In this document: piece after piece, positions 1-14,118 of the stretch
Layout of the letters: the number at the start of each line of letters is the position of its first letter
How positions within the stretch are numbered: position 1 is the first letter of the stretch
DNA from: Paraspadella gotoi
Lineage: Eukaryota; Animalia; Chaetognatha
Assembly (NCBI GenBank): GCA_051294375.1
Contig: CM119263.1
Span: 15,788,532 to 15,852,531, forward strand
Direction of reading: 5' to 3'
DNA length: 64,000 nucleotides
Made by a program: the position numbers and the translations under genes
The notes under the pieces: generated by a model
Told to the model about the DNA's origin: nothing
The model's database searches: none
What the model saw: only the letters and a program-made list of their open reading frames with translations

Positions 1-46
1 CTCGGCTTCCATTCAATCACAGAGGCGCACTGCTCCTCGTAATTTA

Positions 47-210
<164 letters not shown>

Positions 211-2319
211 CTTTTTTCATCTATTTTTTTCTTTTTATATTATTATTTATCTTTCACTTTAAATGTATATTTTTGTCTACCCTTTTTCTTTGGGTCTTTC
301 TATCTCCCTTCCTTTCCTATTCCTATGATCATCCGTCTCCTTTTTTCTAACCCCCCCATCTTCTCCCCCCTCACCTCATTCTGGATCTGTTTCGCACACA
401 CAATGACACACACAGAGACATCGCAAACGACTACCCGGTTAGAAAACGGGAATAATTTTCTTTTTACAACGCGCTAAGAAGATTCTCACGGCGTCGGTGC
501 CATTGTCCGAGAGAGACTTCACTGGGAGTAGTTACAGGTCTTAACTACTCTACAGCGAATCTGCTTTACGACGACACCAGATACTACGTTCGTTTAATCG
601 TATCGTTTGCACCACACGAGAAATTCAGTCGTTTTAATAATTCAGCACATAATAACTATATCTCATAAGTGTCAATAATTTATGACGACCATCATAAAGA
701 TGTAATGATAGGACTCATGGGATCATGGGTTCCAGACCCAGTCATCCTTCTCCACCTTACCCGCGCCTCCCTACCTCCGCCTTAAACTCCCCGGAGATTT
801 CTCGAGCCGCTCATTGTTCCCATGGAAACGCCTGTCACTCCCGTTGCTAAGAAGACGCTCGTACCATTGTCGTCGTCGCCGGCGGATTTTCTCAGTGTTG
901 AGATGTCGTTCGTTCGTCGCTCGTTCGCCGTCAGGACGGATGTAATAAAAGAATGATAAAAAAGTTGAAAACACTCGGATTGAAAATAAAAGAATCAAAT
1001 TAAAAGGTATACATTAATACATTAATCGTGAGCTGAAAAAAAAAAGTTACAACCGTTAAGAAAGCAATTTAAAGTCATTAAAAAAAACTTACCTACTGGC
1101 GGCGACAGTCTTTCAATCTTTGGCGTCCAAAACCTCTTACGTCAAGTTCCGTCAACCTTATTTACAGCAACTTCCCGCTCTATTTATTTATGGTTAAGCA
1201 GACGTTTAAGCATTGAAGCAAACAAGCGCACTGATTGACAGCAAGACCGGCCGACCGTAAAGTATTTCAATGACTCACGGCAGAAAGTCCATAAAGAACC
1301 AACTTCGGTTCTTTGTTTTTGCGCCGCGAGTCGTGAGCGATAGCGGGTAATTTTTTTTTTTTTGTTTAAAAAAAATGAGGTTATCGTAAGACGATGAAGA
1401 AAAGGCGGTGAAGCGGAAAAAAAAACTGCAATTAGTTGTTCGCGTTAATCTGTTCACAGCTTGGAAGTTTCCTGTTGTCGGCATGTCCTGCTGTCATGTT
1501 ATAAAGTTTTGCAAAGACTTAAAAATTACTTTAAATTATTCTTCTTTTTTTTTTGAAATTATACCGATAAAAACATTAACGTTATTTATCATCGATGGGC
1601 TTCCAGTGGTGACAACAGTGGGATTCGAAACCAAGCCTCTTTTTCCCACTCCGTCATTGCTTTGCTCTCTCTCTCATATTCTTCGCGCCTTTTNNNNNNN
1701 NNNNNNNNNNNNNNNNNNNNNNNNNNNNNNNNNNNNNNNNNNNNNNNNNNNNNNNNNNNNNNNNNNNNNNNNNNNNNNNNNNNNNNNNNNNNNNNNNNNN
1801 NNNNNNNNNNNNNNNNNNNNNNNNNNNNNNNNNNNNNNNNNNNNNNNNNNNNNNNNNNNNNNNNNNNNNNNNNNNNNNNNNNNNNNNNNNNNNNNNNNNN
1901 NNNNNNNNNNNNNNNNNNNNNNNNNNNNNNNNNNNNNNCCTCGCCTCTCTTTTCCCCCCGCGATCTTTGTCTTCATTATTTTCCCGGCCCGGCTCCCGAT
2001 CCCCGCAGGTAATAGAGCAATTTTCAACATCCGGTGACGCATCGCCCCGAGGGCAGCGGGTGGTCTCGAGGGAGTTTAAAAAAGATGGGAGGGGTAAAGT
2101 GAAAGGGGTAAGGTCGAAAAGGGTAAGGGGGACGTTGATTGGAAGATAGAGGTAAAGTCGCGGTGGCGTCGCTGGGCGGGCCCCGTTTTTTTGAAGGGTT
2201 TTTTTAAAAAAAAATAGCAAAGGGTGCTGATGAGAGAGCGTCTGCTAGGGAGGAGAGACGGCGCCGAGGCCGGGGGTTTCCTATCTTTATAGAGAGTATT
2301 GAGTTCCTGCCTGGCGGGG

Positions 2320-2459
2320 CCCTTGCGGGGCTTGCGGGTCCTTGCGGGTCCTTTTGGGGCCATTGCGGCCGTGCGGCGCCTTGCCAGGCATTGCTATGGC
2401 TTGCCGAGCCTTGCCGGGCCTTGCCGGGCCTTGTCGAGCCTTGACGAGCCTTGCCGAGC
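2320..2459. repeat. GC-rich minisatellite, 10-bp unit CCTTGCCGGG-like (mirror at about 5660-5800)
   Basis: About 12 degenerate units visible. Confidence 0.85.
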
Positions 2460-2784
2460 GGCAGAACAGAGCCCCCTCTCCATCTTGGTGGCGATGATTT
2501 AAGAGGCAACCGAAGCGTTTGAGTGGCGTTGAGAGGAAAAAAGAAATGGCGACGAGAGAGAAAGAAGAAAAAATTGAATGATAAATCAGAGAAGATTCGA
2601 AAAAAATCGAGAAGAATCACCGAAGATTTTGTAGAAGGAAGAACTTAATTAAAACGGCGATTCGCGAGGAGGGAATCTGGGGCGGGAGGTGGCGTGGGGG
2701 CGTTGAAAACGAAAAAGGGAAATTGAGAGGAGGTGGGCTTATTGAGAGGAATATGGATTGACAAAGAGATATGAATTGAGAGAG

Positions 2785-2866
<82 letters not shown>

Positions 2867-3255
2867 CCTTATAGCGGCCTCATGCGGCGATGTCGTGCGT
2901 ACACGAGTTAAATTCCTATTTCGTGACACAAGCCGATCTCAAACTCGCTTTCCCTTCCCTCTTTCTCCCTTTTTTCATCGCTTCTCTCCCTTCAAAACAT
3001 CAATATCCCAGATTTCCTCCTCCGTATATATTTAAGACTTGACTTGACTTGATAGGCGTCTATGGACTTCGGCGATGACGATGAGGACGACGAAGATGAT
3101 TATGATGAAAATGATCATGTTGTTTAAAAATGAAAATATTGTTGATAATAATGATTATAATGATGATGGTGATGTTGATGTTAAGACTTAAAATAATAGG
3201 ATTGATGATAATTAAGAACGATGCTGATTATATATGCCATATGTAATTATGATGT

Positions 3256-3390
3256 TTGATGATGATGAGAATGATGATGATGATGATAATGATGATGATG
3301 ATGATGATGATGATGATGGTAATTTATAAAGATTTAAGTGATGATGATGATGACGATGATGACGATGACAATAATGATGAAGACGATGAA
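3256..3390. repeat. (GAT)n imperfect microsatellite (mirror at about 4725-4865)
   Basis: Seen directly. Confidence 0.85.
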
Positions 3391-5252
3391 GAGGATACTA
3401 ATTATTTTCCCTGATTATGAAGAAGCACGCGTTTTCGTTTTTGTTGTTATTGTTGTAGATGTCAACTTGTCACAGAAATTATTTTTTCTATTGCGATGGA
3501 TGCATCTACTTCATAACGTAAATTATGTGAAACCCGACTTCTCCTAGATGATATATTCCACGATTTCATACGACAACGACAACGACAATCTCAAGAGAAT
3601 CACAACAACAACGACGACGACGCCGAGGCCGCAGTTCCGCCGTCTACATTTCCCTCGCGCCGAAGGTCAACGATCTTTTCAAAATTCTTCTAAATTTTTA
3701 CGACAAAAAAACAAAAGTACAAAGAGGATTTTTACGAGTGACGCCGTCGACGTGAGAGGCGCCACTCGCTCATCGTCGAGGACCGTCCGCTCGTTTCACG
3801 TTTTGCCAAAATCTTCTAAAGCTTTGACGTCATAGTCAAAAAATATTCGTTTAAAAAAGTAGTTCTATTTCTTAGACCTATTCTCATGTTTATTTTCATT
3901 TCATGGAGAGAGGAAAGAAAAGGGATTGATGAAGAAGAGAAGAGAAAAGGAGGAAAGGAAAGGGGAAAGGAAAGGAAAGGAAGGAAAGGAAAGGAAAGAA
4001 AGGAAAGGAAAAGAGTAAGAGGAAGGAGTAAACAGTAGGAGAAGAGGAAAAGAAAAGGGATGTGAAGAAGAAGGAAAAAGATAGGATGTATGGTAAAAGT
4101 TGAGAGAAGGGACTGAGGAAAGTTTTAAAATTGCCATTGGATAACGATTTACTCTGTATGTTATGCAATATTTATTGTATATTGTATAAAGTAATATAGA
4201 CAGTACAGTAAAATGAAATGAAAATAAACATGAGAATAGGTCTAAGAAATAGAACTACTTTTTTAAACGAATATTTTTTGACTATGACGTCAAAGCTTTA
4301 GAAGATTTGGCAAAACGTGAAACGAGCGGACGGTTCCTCGACGATGAGTGAGTGGCGCCTCTCACGTCGACGGCGTCACTCTAAAAAATCCTCTTTGTAC
4401 TTTTGTTTTTTGTCGTAAAAATTTTGAAGAATTTTGAAAAGATCGTTGACCTTCGGGCGCGAGGGAATGTAGACGGCGGAACTGCGGCCTCGCGTCGTCG
4501 TCGTTGTTGTTGTGATTCTCTGAGATTGTCGTTGTCGTTGTCGTATGAAATCGTGGAATATATCATCTAGGAGAAGTCGGGTTTCACATAATTTACGTTA
4601 TGAAGTAGATGCATCCATCGCAATAGAAAAAAAATTATTTCTGTGACAAGTTGACATCTACAACAATAACAACAAAACGAAAACGCTGTGCTTCTTCATA
4701 ATCAGGTGAAAATAATTAGTTTCCTCTTCATCGTCTTCATCATTATTGTCATCGTCATCATCGTCATCATCATCATCACTTAAATCTTTATAAATTACCA
4801 TCATCATCATCATCATCATCATCATTCATTATCATCATCATCATCATTCTTCATCATCATCAAACATCATAATTACATATTGCATATATAATCAGCATCG
4901 TTCTTAATTATCATCAATCCTATTATTTTAAGTCTTAACATCAACATCACCATCATCATTATAATCATTTATTATCAACAATATTTTCATTTTTAAACAA
5001 CATGATCATTTTCATCATAATCATCTTCGTCGTCCTCATCGTCATCGCCGAAGTCCATAGACGCCTATCAAGTCAAGTCAAGTCTTAAATATATACGGAG
5101 GAGGAAATCTGGGATATTGATGTTTTGAAGGGAGAGAAGCGATGAAAAAAGGAGAAAGAGGGGAAGGGAAAGCGAGTTTGAGATCGGCTTGTGTCACGAA
5201 ATAGGATTTAACTCGTGTACGCACGACATCGCCGCATGAGGCCGCTATAAGG

Positions 5253-5334
<82 letters not shown>

Positions 5335-6200
5335 CTCTCTCAATTCATATCTCTTTGTCAATCCATATTCCTCTCAATAAGCCCACCTCCTCTCAATTTC
5401 CCTTTTTCGTTTTCAACGCCCCCACGCCACCTCCCGCCCCAGATTCCCTCCTCGCGAATCGCCGTTTTAATTAAGTTCTTCCTTCTACAAAATCTTCGGT
5501 GATTCTTCTCGATTTTTTTCGAATCTTCTCCGATTTATCATTCAATTTTTTCTTCTTTCTCTCTCGTCGCCATTTCTTTTTTCCTCTCAACGCCACTCAA
5601 ACGCTTCGGTTGCCTCTTAAATCATCGCCACCAAGATGGAGAGGGGGCTCTGTTCTGCCGCTCGGCAAGGCTCGTCAAGGCTCGACAAGGCCCGGCAAGG
5701 CCCGGCAAGGCTCGGCAAGCCATAGCAATGCCTGGCAAGGCGCCGCACGGCCGCAATGGCCCCAAAAGGACCCGCAAGGACCCGCAAGCCCCGCAAGGGC
5801 CCCGCCAGGCAGGAACTCAATACTCTCTATAAAGATAGGAAACCCCCGGCCTCGGCGCCGTCTCTCCTCCCTAGCAGACGCTCTCTCATCAGCACCCTTT
5901 GCTATTTTAAACCCCTCAACGGGCGCCCGCCCAGCGACGCCACCGCGACTTTACCTCTATCTTCCAATCAACCTCCCCTTTACCCTTTCGACCTTACCCC
6001 TTTCACTTTACCCCTCCCATCTTTTTTAAACTCCTCGAGACACCACGCTGCCCTCGGGCGATGCGTCACCGGATTGTTGAAAATTGCTCTATTACCTGCG
6101 GGGATCGGGAGCCGGGCCGGGAAAATAATTGAAGACAAAGATCGCGGGGGGAAAAGAGAGCGCGAGGGAGAGGGAGAGGAAGATGGGGAAGATGAGAGAG

Positions 6201-6250
<50 letters not shown>

Positions 6251-9200
6251 GAAGATGAGAGAGAGAGAGGAAGAGGAGGAGAAGGGGAGAGAGAGGGAGA
6301 GGAACAAGAGGACGCAGGGATGTGTGGAAGAAGTGAGAGAAAAGAAAGGATCCGCGTCTGAAAAAAAAAAATAATGTACGGAGGAAAAAAAAGGCGCGAA
6401 GAATATGAGAGAGAGAGCAAAAGCAATGACGGAGTGGGAGAAAAAAAAAAGAGGCTTGGTTTCGAATCCCACTGTTGTCACCACTGGAAGCCCATCGATG
6501 ATAAATTAAACGTTAATGTTTTTATCGGTATAAATTTCAAAAAAAAAAAGAAAGAATAATTTAAAAAGTAATTTTATTACACAAAGATTAGTTATACTTT
6601 GCAAAAACTTTATAACATGACAGCCAGGACATGCCGACAATCAGGAAACTTTCCAAGCTGTGAACAGATTTAACGCGTACACTATTGCAGTTTTTTTTCC
6701 GCTTCACGCCTGCCTTTTCTTCATCGGTCTTACGATAACCTCAATTTTTTTTTAAAAAAAAAAAAAAAAAATTACCCGCTATCGCTCCACGACTCCGGCG
6801 CAAAAACAAAGAACCGAAGTAGCGTTCTTTATGGACTTTCCTGCCGTGAGTCATTGAAAATACTTTACGGTCGGCCCGGTCTGCGTCAATCAGTGCGCTT
6901 GTTTTGCTTCATGCTTAAAACTCTGCTTAACCATAGAATAAATAGATGCGGAGAAGTTGCTGTAAATAAGGTTGACGGAACGTGAACGTAGAGGTTTTGG
7001 ACGCCAAAGATTGAAATTGACTGTCGCCGCCAGTAGGTAAGTTTTTTTAATGACTTTAATTGCGCTTCTTAACGGTTTTGTAACTTCTTTTTTTTTTCAT
7101 GCTCACGATTAATGTATTAATGTATACCTTTTACTTTGATTCTTATTTTACATTCGGAGTGTTTTCAACTTTTTTATCATTCTTTATTACATCCGTCCTG
7201 ACGGCGAACGAGCGACGAACGAACGACATCTCAACACTGGAGAAAATCCGCCGGCGACGACGACAATGGTACGAGCGTCTTCTTAGCAACGGGAGTGACA
7301 GGCTGTTTCCAGGGAACAATGAGCGGGCTCGAGAATCTCCGGGGAGTTTAAGGCGGAGGTAGGGAGGGCGCGGTAGGTGGAGGAGAGGCATGACTGGGTA
7401 CTGGAACTCCAACCCTGAGTCCTATCATTACTCTTTTATGATTGCGTCGTCATAAATTATTGACACTTAATGAATATAGTTATTATGTGTCTGAATTCAT
7501 TAAAAACGACTGAATTTCTTCGTGTTGTGCAAACGATTACATTTAAACGAACGTAGTATCTTCGTGTTCGTCGTGTAAAGCAGATTTCGCTGTAGAGTAG
7601 TTAGACCTGTAACTACTCCAGTGAGTCTCTCTCGGACAATTGGCACGACGCGCCGTGAGAATCTTCTCTAGCGCGTTGTAAAAAAAAATTATTCCCGTTT
7701 TCTAACCGGGTAGTCGTTTGCGATGTCTCTTGTGTGTGTCATTGTGTGTGCGAAACAGATCCAGAATGAGTGTGAGGGGGAAGGAGAGATGGGGGGGGGG
7801 GTTAGAAAAAAAGGAGACGGATGATCATAGGAATTAGAAAGGAAGGGAGATAGAAAGAACCCAAAGAAAAAGGTATGACAAAAATATACATTAAAGTGGA
7901 AAGATAAATAATAATATAAAAGAAAAAAATAGATGAAAAAGAAAAAAAGAAAGAAAGAGAAAAGAGAAAGAAATCAAGAAAAGAGAATAAGAATTTTAAA
8001 AGAAAGAAAGAAAAAGAAAGAAAGAAGAAAGAAGAAAGAAAAGAAAGAAAGACAAAAAGAAAGAAAGAAAGAAAGAGAGAGAGAGGAGAGAGTAAATTAC
8101 GAGGAGCAGTGCGCCTCTGTGATTGAATGGAAGCCGACGGAGGAGTCGGCCGCGTCGATGACGGGTAAGTTCTCACGTTGACACAGACGAATAATTGCCC
8201 GACGACGACGACAAACGACGACGACGACGACGACACGGACACGCGACGAGTTGCTTTTTCCAGCTTTAAAACAAACGATAACTGACGAAAGTGATGCAAC
8301 GACATTACCGGGGGACGATCTCTAACGACGGGAAAAGTGGAAGAGGATTATGACAACGAGAACGACGACGACGACAACGATGACAAATTGACGTCAATTC
8401 ATTTTTTTTTTGTTTCTGTTTGCGTTTTGTTCCTTTATGTAGAAATTTCTTTTATTTTGATAATATATGTTACTTAATAATTCAAATCGCGCTGGAACCC
8501 TACTGAATATAATTATCGTAAACAGTTTTTTAGTTAAATGTAGTTTTTAATTTCCACGTTAAGCCTTAATTCGATAGAATATATATAGAGAGAGCACTAT
8601 GACTTTTTAAAAATGAATAGTATTCCTTTTTGTTTAAAAGTCCAAAACGAGGGAGCCAGAAAAGAGTCCGACCAAGAGAGCATCCCGCTAATTGGGACAC
8701 GTTTCCCTCGCCAATGCCCAGCGTGAAGATTCCCTTTTTGTTTTGTTTTGGGTCTCGGACGGGATATTCTACGTAGACTAAGCGATACTTGAGCCACTTG
8801 GGTTTTAAATGTGATACAGGCTGGAGTATACAAGTGTTTAGCACGATGAACGTTTTTTTTTTTTATGAGGTTTCAAACCGAATTTTTTATCAAAAAACCC
8901 GACTATTTCTTATAAAATTACAATTAGCTGAAAGGATTTTTTCTGTCCGAGACACAGCTTTCAAAATTCAGGTTAAACTTAGGACTTTAACTTAATTTAT
9001 TTTAAAATTTAATGTAAGTTCAAGCTTCTAACTATCTTAGCCGGTCCGTCGCATTACTCACCGCAGCTCGTTTTTTTTTTTCGCTTCTTTTTTTTCCCAG
9101 TTCGTCCTCTTTCACTATCGAATTCGTTGATGGACTTTTCTCGTATTCATAACTTTTTTTGTCTTCTAGCTTAATCCAAACTCGTGACTGAATACTTTCT

Positions 9201-9991
9201 CTTTCTTTTCTAACTGTTATATTTGACACCGAGACCTGGTACTGTAAGGACCGGAACGGACCGAACGGACCGCGTAGGAAGTTTCGGCCAAAATAAGAGA
9301 CAAGATCAGAACTTAGTAGGATCGACGGAGGGATTTGATGATAGGGTCATTAGAGAAGAGAATTTGGTATGACTTCGCTTCGATGTTTCTTGTCATGGTC
9401 GATGACGACACGAGTTTTTCTTCTTTTCTCATATTTCTTTGGACGAAAAGGAATAAAATTGGGTGAGGAAGAAACGGAGTTGCAATGAGGAATGAAATGA
9501 GAGAAAATATGAATGGCAAAATGGACCCTTAAATAAAAACATGAAATTATGAGTGGATCAATGGACAGATAAATAAATGAATGAGAAACAATAATAAAAG
9601 GTTACATTTTATGGAACCAAGTATGTTTAATTGAATATTTTAATCAAGAAACAAGATATAATTCAATCGAAAATGAAAGATCGAATAAAGAACTATTTTT
9701 TTATATGAATGTCTACGTTACGACTTAAATCAGTTCCGAATAAAGACGAAGATTAGAAAACTAGATTTAAGGTGAAAAGATGAAGGTGAAAGTCACAAAA
9801 TAGGAAAGGAAGTCGTCGTAAAAAACACGTTCAAGAAAATATTTAATTCTGCTCGATATAGGCGAACGGGGCCGGTTTTAAGTTCTTTCTTTCTTGAATC
9901 AAAAATCTTTATTTCTACTTTTTCTCTTCTTTTTTTCCTTGTCATCCTCATTCTTCTTCCTTCTTCTCTTCTTCTTCTTCTTTCTTCCTCA

Positions 9992-10016
9992 NNNNNNNNN
10001 NNNNNNNNNNNNNNNN
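9992..10016. other. 25-N assembly gap (identical-length gaps at 29509-29533, 35649-35673, 42461-42485; sized gaps at 1694-1938, 13217-13476, 14512-14723, 15483-15645, 15892-16058, 17344-17573)
   Basis: Counted N runs; every 25-N gap borders a duplicated block. Confidence 0.95.
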
Positions 10017-13000
10017 ACGGAAAACAAAATGGCGACGCGAAAAGTAAAAATCCGCTTTGAGGAGAGACATTCGAAAGTCGGCGTGAGAGAGGTCGGGTGA
10101 TGGGAAATGGAGAGCAGGGTGGTGAGGGGGTGATGGCAATCTTTGCGTCAATTCGACGTACCGCAATTTTCCAATGTTAAACAAGTTTTCTGCTTACTGC
10201 TGTCAGTTAACGAGGTTTGCAAACTGGAAAGAATCATTAATGTGAAAGGAAAAAAAAATCACGGGGCGTATTGAGTATTCTGGTTTTATTTTCGCAAAAT
10301 TTCAAACGACAATTAAAGTCAAACTCACGCAAAAAATTTCTTTTCAAAACTCGATTGCGGATAACAGGGAGCAAAAAAAGCAATTTCACAAGCAATCAGA
10401 CTCGTACCAAACTCGATTTAAAAATTTACCCGCGAAAAAATAAGATTAAAAAAAAAACTCAATAACATCAACTTAAGATACAATTTTTATTTCTAATTCT
10501 ATTATAAGACATTTAAAATTAAACTCGGAAGGTAAGTCATTAGTGCTTTTCTTATTTTTTAATTTGCTTTCCTCTAAAGCCGAACCCGTTTTTTTTCTCA
10601 CCCATTCAAAACTCCATTCAAACACCATCACAACCAGAGCCCATGTGAAACTCGCCGAATTTCCAGAATTCCGCGAGGCTAAAGCCTATTTTAAAGAAAA
10701 TATTTTATTCCAGGAACTGCAGACGGTTTTTTTTTTTTACTTGAATATTTAATAACTATAAAAACTTTAGTTAAACCAAACTTAAAAGAATATTTAATTT
10801 TACGTCCGCGAAGAATTTTAAGGGGACCCAAGTGATAAAAAATGATTATCATAAGCTTAAGGGTCTATCATCAAGGAATTCTGAATGGTGATAGTCATTA
10901 ATTTTTCTTTGCACCGGGGAAACTGGCAAAAATTCCTATCTCTTTATTGTAGGCACAAGAAACAACAAATTTCAATATTATGAAAAAAAAAAATTTAGTT
11001 GACCCTACCTAAATATTTATTATAATCCATTATTTTATTTGCATTAGAAAGTAATTTTTTTACTAAATTCCAATTTTTTATTTTTATACTGTACAAAGCT
11101 ATAATTTAGGTTTAAGCCTCATTGAACAAAGGCTTTACAAGATATTAATATTTTTATTATTTTTATATTTACTTAAAAGCAGACAAATCAAACCTAAATT
11201 CTATTCTTACAGAAACAAAACTGTAATAATTATTAATTAATATTCGTATTCATCCCTTAAATGTATAATTAACTATATTGATTCCTAATTATAACAATTA
11301 AAAATTAGCAGAAGTACAGAATCATCTTTCTCTTCTTTATTTATTATTACTTCAAAGAGTTTTTTCTTATCCAATTAACAGAATCATTTGAAAAAAAGTT
11401 TAAATAAAATCAGTCGATACCTTAAATTTTGATTCATTCCTAGTTTTTTTTCTTATAAATTTTTGTGAATAAAGCTGAAAATCTTTTATAAAATTGGATC
11501 TTACCCTTTTTGGGAAAATTATTTTAAACTTTGAAAAGATTTTTTCTGCTTACCGATTTTTAAAGAAAATTAAGCTCGCTATATTTTATCGAATTTTTTA
11601 ACTACTTTCCCAAATGATTATAGAAAAAAAAATTATATGATCAGAACCAGCTTAAGTGTAAAAGGGTCAACGTTATGTTTTCAGCTTTTTACCCCCCTGT
11701 TCACTTGGTCCCCTTAAATCAACAGCGAGTATGAATTATTATTTTTTCCGAGAGCCCCAGTTGTTTTTTCTCTATGAGAAGAGGAAAGGATAGAGGGAGG
11801 ATTATCCAGAGACGTTCATGACGGAGGAAAGGAAAGGAAGAGTAAGAGGAAGGAGTAACAGTAGGAGAAGAGGAAAGAAAAGGGTAAACGGTGCGATGTG
11901 AGAGAGAAGAAAAAAAAAAAAGAGGAGAGAAAAAGGAGAGAAGGAAAAGGGAAGGAGAACAGGAAAGGGATGGAACTAACAGGAAAGGGGATAGATGGAT
12001 AAGGAAGGGAAAGGGAAAAGACAAGGAAAAGGGAAAGGAAAGGAAAGGAAAGGAAAGGAAAGAAGGAAAGAGTAAGAGGAAGGAGTAAACAGTAGGAGAA
12101 GAGGAAAGAAAAGGGATGTGAAGAAGAAGAGGAAAAGATAGGGATGATTGGTAAAAGTTGAGAGAAGGACTGAGGAAAGTTTTGAAAATTGCCATTGGGA
12201 TAACGATTTACTCTGTATGTTTATGCAATTATTATTGTATATTGTATAAAGTATATATAGCAGTACAGTTAAATACTGTTACTCCTTCCTCTTACTCTTT
12301 CCTTTCCTTTCCTCCGTCATGAACGTCTCTGGATAATCCTCCCTCTATCCTTTCCTCTTCTCATAGAGAAAAACAACTGGGGCTCTCGGAAAAAAATAAT
12401 AATTCATACTCGCTGTTGATTTAAATTCTTCGCGGACGTAAAATAAATATTCTTTTAAGTTTGGTTAACTAAAGTTTTTTCGTATTTAAATATTCAAGTA
12501 AAAAAAAAAACCGTCTGCAGTTCCTGGAATAAAATATTTTCTTAAAATAGGCTTTAGCCTCGCGGGAATTCTGGAAATCGGCGAGTTTCACTGGGCTCTG
12601 GTTGTGATGGTGTTTGAATGGAGTTTTGATGGTGAGAAAAACGGGGTTCGCTTTAGAGGAAAGCAATTAAAACGATAAGCACTAATGACTTACCTTCCGA
12701 GTTTAATTTTAAATGTCTATAATAGAATTAGAAATAAAATTGTATCTAAGTTGATGTTATTGAGTTTTTTTTTTAATCTTTATTCGCGGGTAAATTTTTA
12801 AATCGAGTTTGGTACGAGTCTGATTGCTTGTGAAATTGCTTTTTTGCTCCTGTTATCGCAATCGAGTTTTGAAAAGAAATTTTTGCGTGAGTTTGACTTT
12901 AATTGTCGTTTGAATTTTGCGAAAATAAAACCCAGAATACTCAATACGCCCCGTGATTTTTGTTTCCTTTCACATTAATGATTCTTTCCAAGTTTGCAAA

Positions 13001-13198
13001 CCTCGTTAAACTGACAGCAGTAACAGAAAACTTGGTTTAACATTGGAAAATTGCGGACGTCGAAATTGACGCAAAGATTGCCTCACCCCCTCACCCACCC
13101 TGCTCTCCCATTTCCCATCACCCACCTCTCTCCGCCGACTTTCGAAGTCTCTCCTTCAAAGCCGATGTTTACTTTTCGCGTCGCCATTTTGTTTTCGT
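10017..13198. repeat. Inverted repeat: 10017-11862 versus 12275-13198 (right arm lacks the MITE); spacer homologous to 3905-4212
   Basis: Reverse-complement match; both spacers end in cagtacagt(a/t)aaat. Confidence 0.95.
10822..11713. mobile_element. Non-autonomous TTAA-specific DNA transposon (Kolobok-like MITE), 892 bp
   Basis: TTAA on both sides (10818-10821, 11714-11717); termini GGGGACCCAAGTGA / TCACTTGGTCCCC; AT-rich non-coding interior; the inverted copy of the same locus has a single TTAA at 12421-12424. Confidence 0.88.
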
Positions 13199-13910
13199 TC
13201 TTTTAAAATACATGCGNNNNNNNNNNNNNNNNNNNNNNNNNNNNNNNNNNNNNNNNNNNNNNNNNNNNNNNNNNNNNNNNNNNNNNNNNNNNNNNNNNNN
13301 NNNNNNNNNNNNNNNNNNNNNNNNNNNNNNNNNNNNNNNNNNNNNNNNNNNNNNNNNNNNNNNNNNNNNNNNNNNNNNNNNNNNNNNNNNNNNNNNNNNN
13401 NNNNNNNNNNNNNNNNNNNNNNNNNNNNNNNNNNNNNNNNNNNNNNNNNNNNNNNNNNNNNNNNNNNNNNNNNNNNTAAATATTTATTTTTTTTTCATTC
13501 TGCTGTCAGGCTTAATGTAATTGAATGCCACAGGAAGACAAAAACCCAGAGATTATGTTTTTTTTTTTTTTGTTTCGCGTAATAAGCGACGTCCGTTTCC
13601 ATTTAAAAAAAAAACTGGGAATAATTCATCGTTTTATTTCTCGTAATAACTGACGTCAGCTTTTCTCTCTTTTTTTTTCCGGTGATGAGCGTCCAAGTTA
13701 TTTTTTCTCTTCGATCGTTTCAAACGATAAAAATGAAATGAATCGGGGCCAAGGAATCAGGGCTGATCAAGTTTACGACTAATACCGTCGGCGGCGTCGT
13801 CTTCAACGTCTGTCCTGCAATCAGACTAAAGCTTCAATCGTTAATTCTTGCTTGCAAAAGTGCTTGATGCGAGTGCGCGCAGTTATTCTAATTAAAAGGC
13901 GCGGTTTATG

Positions 13911-14118
13911 GCAACGGGAGGATAGCCTGTGATACCCGGGGCGCGGGGTATCTCACCAACTGGCGTAGGGGCTGCGGACCCTCAGTGACCGCCTCCTGTC
14001 ACTGGCATGTTTATACCGGCACCGTCACATTTAAGCCAGAACCGGGATACCCAGGGATTGAACCCGGGACGCACGGATGGAATGAGATGATTTAGCCTGC
14101 TCAGCCATTGAGACGAGG
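13911..14118 (-). mobile_element. tRNA-derived SINE
   Basis: A-box-like TGGCTGAGCAGGCTAA and B-box GGGTTCAATCCC at tRNA spacing; colinear similarity over about 205 bp with the element at 51928-52135. Confidence 0.7.

Noticed and set aside
2228-2250. Hammerhead ribozyme core (CTGATGA; also at about 34171 and 63535)
   Set aside because: No stem II followed by GAAA
14030-14118. Functional tRNA gene
   Set aside because: A/B boxes present but no convincing acceptor or anticodon stems; continues into a shared SINE body
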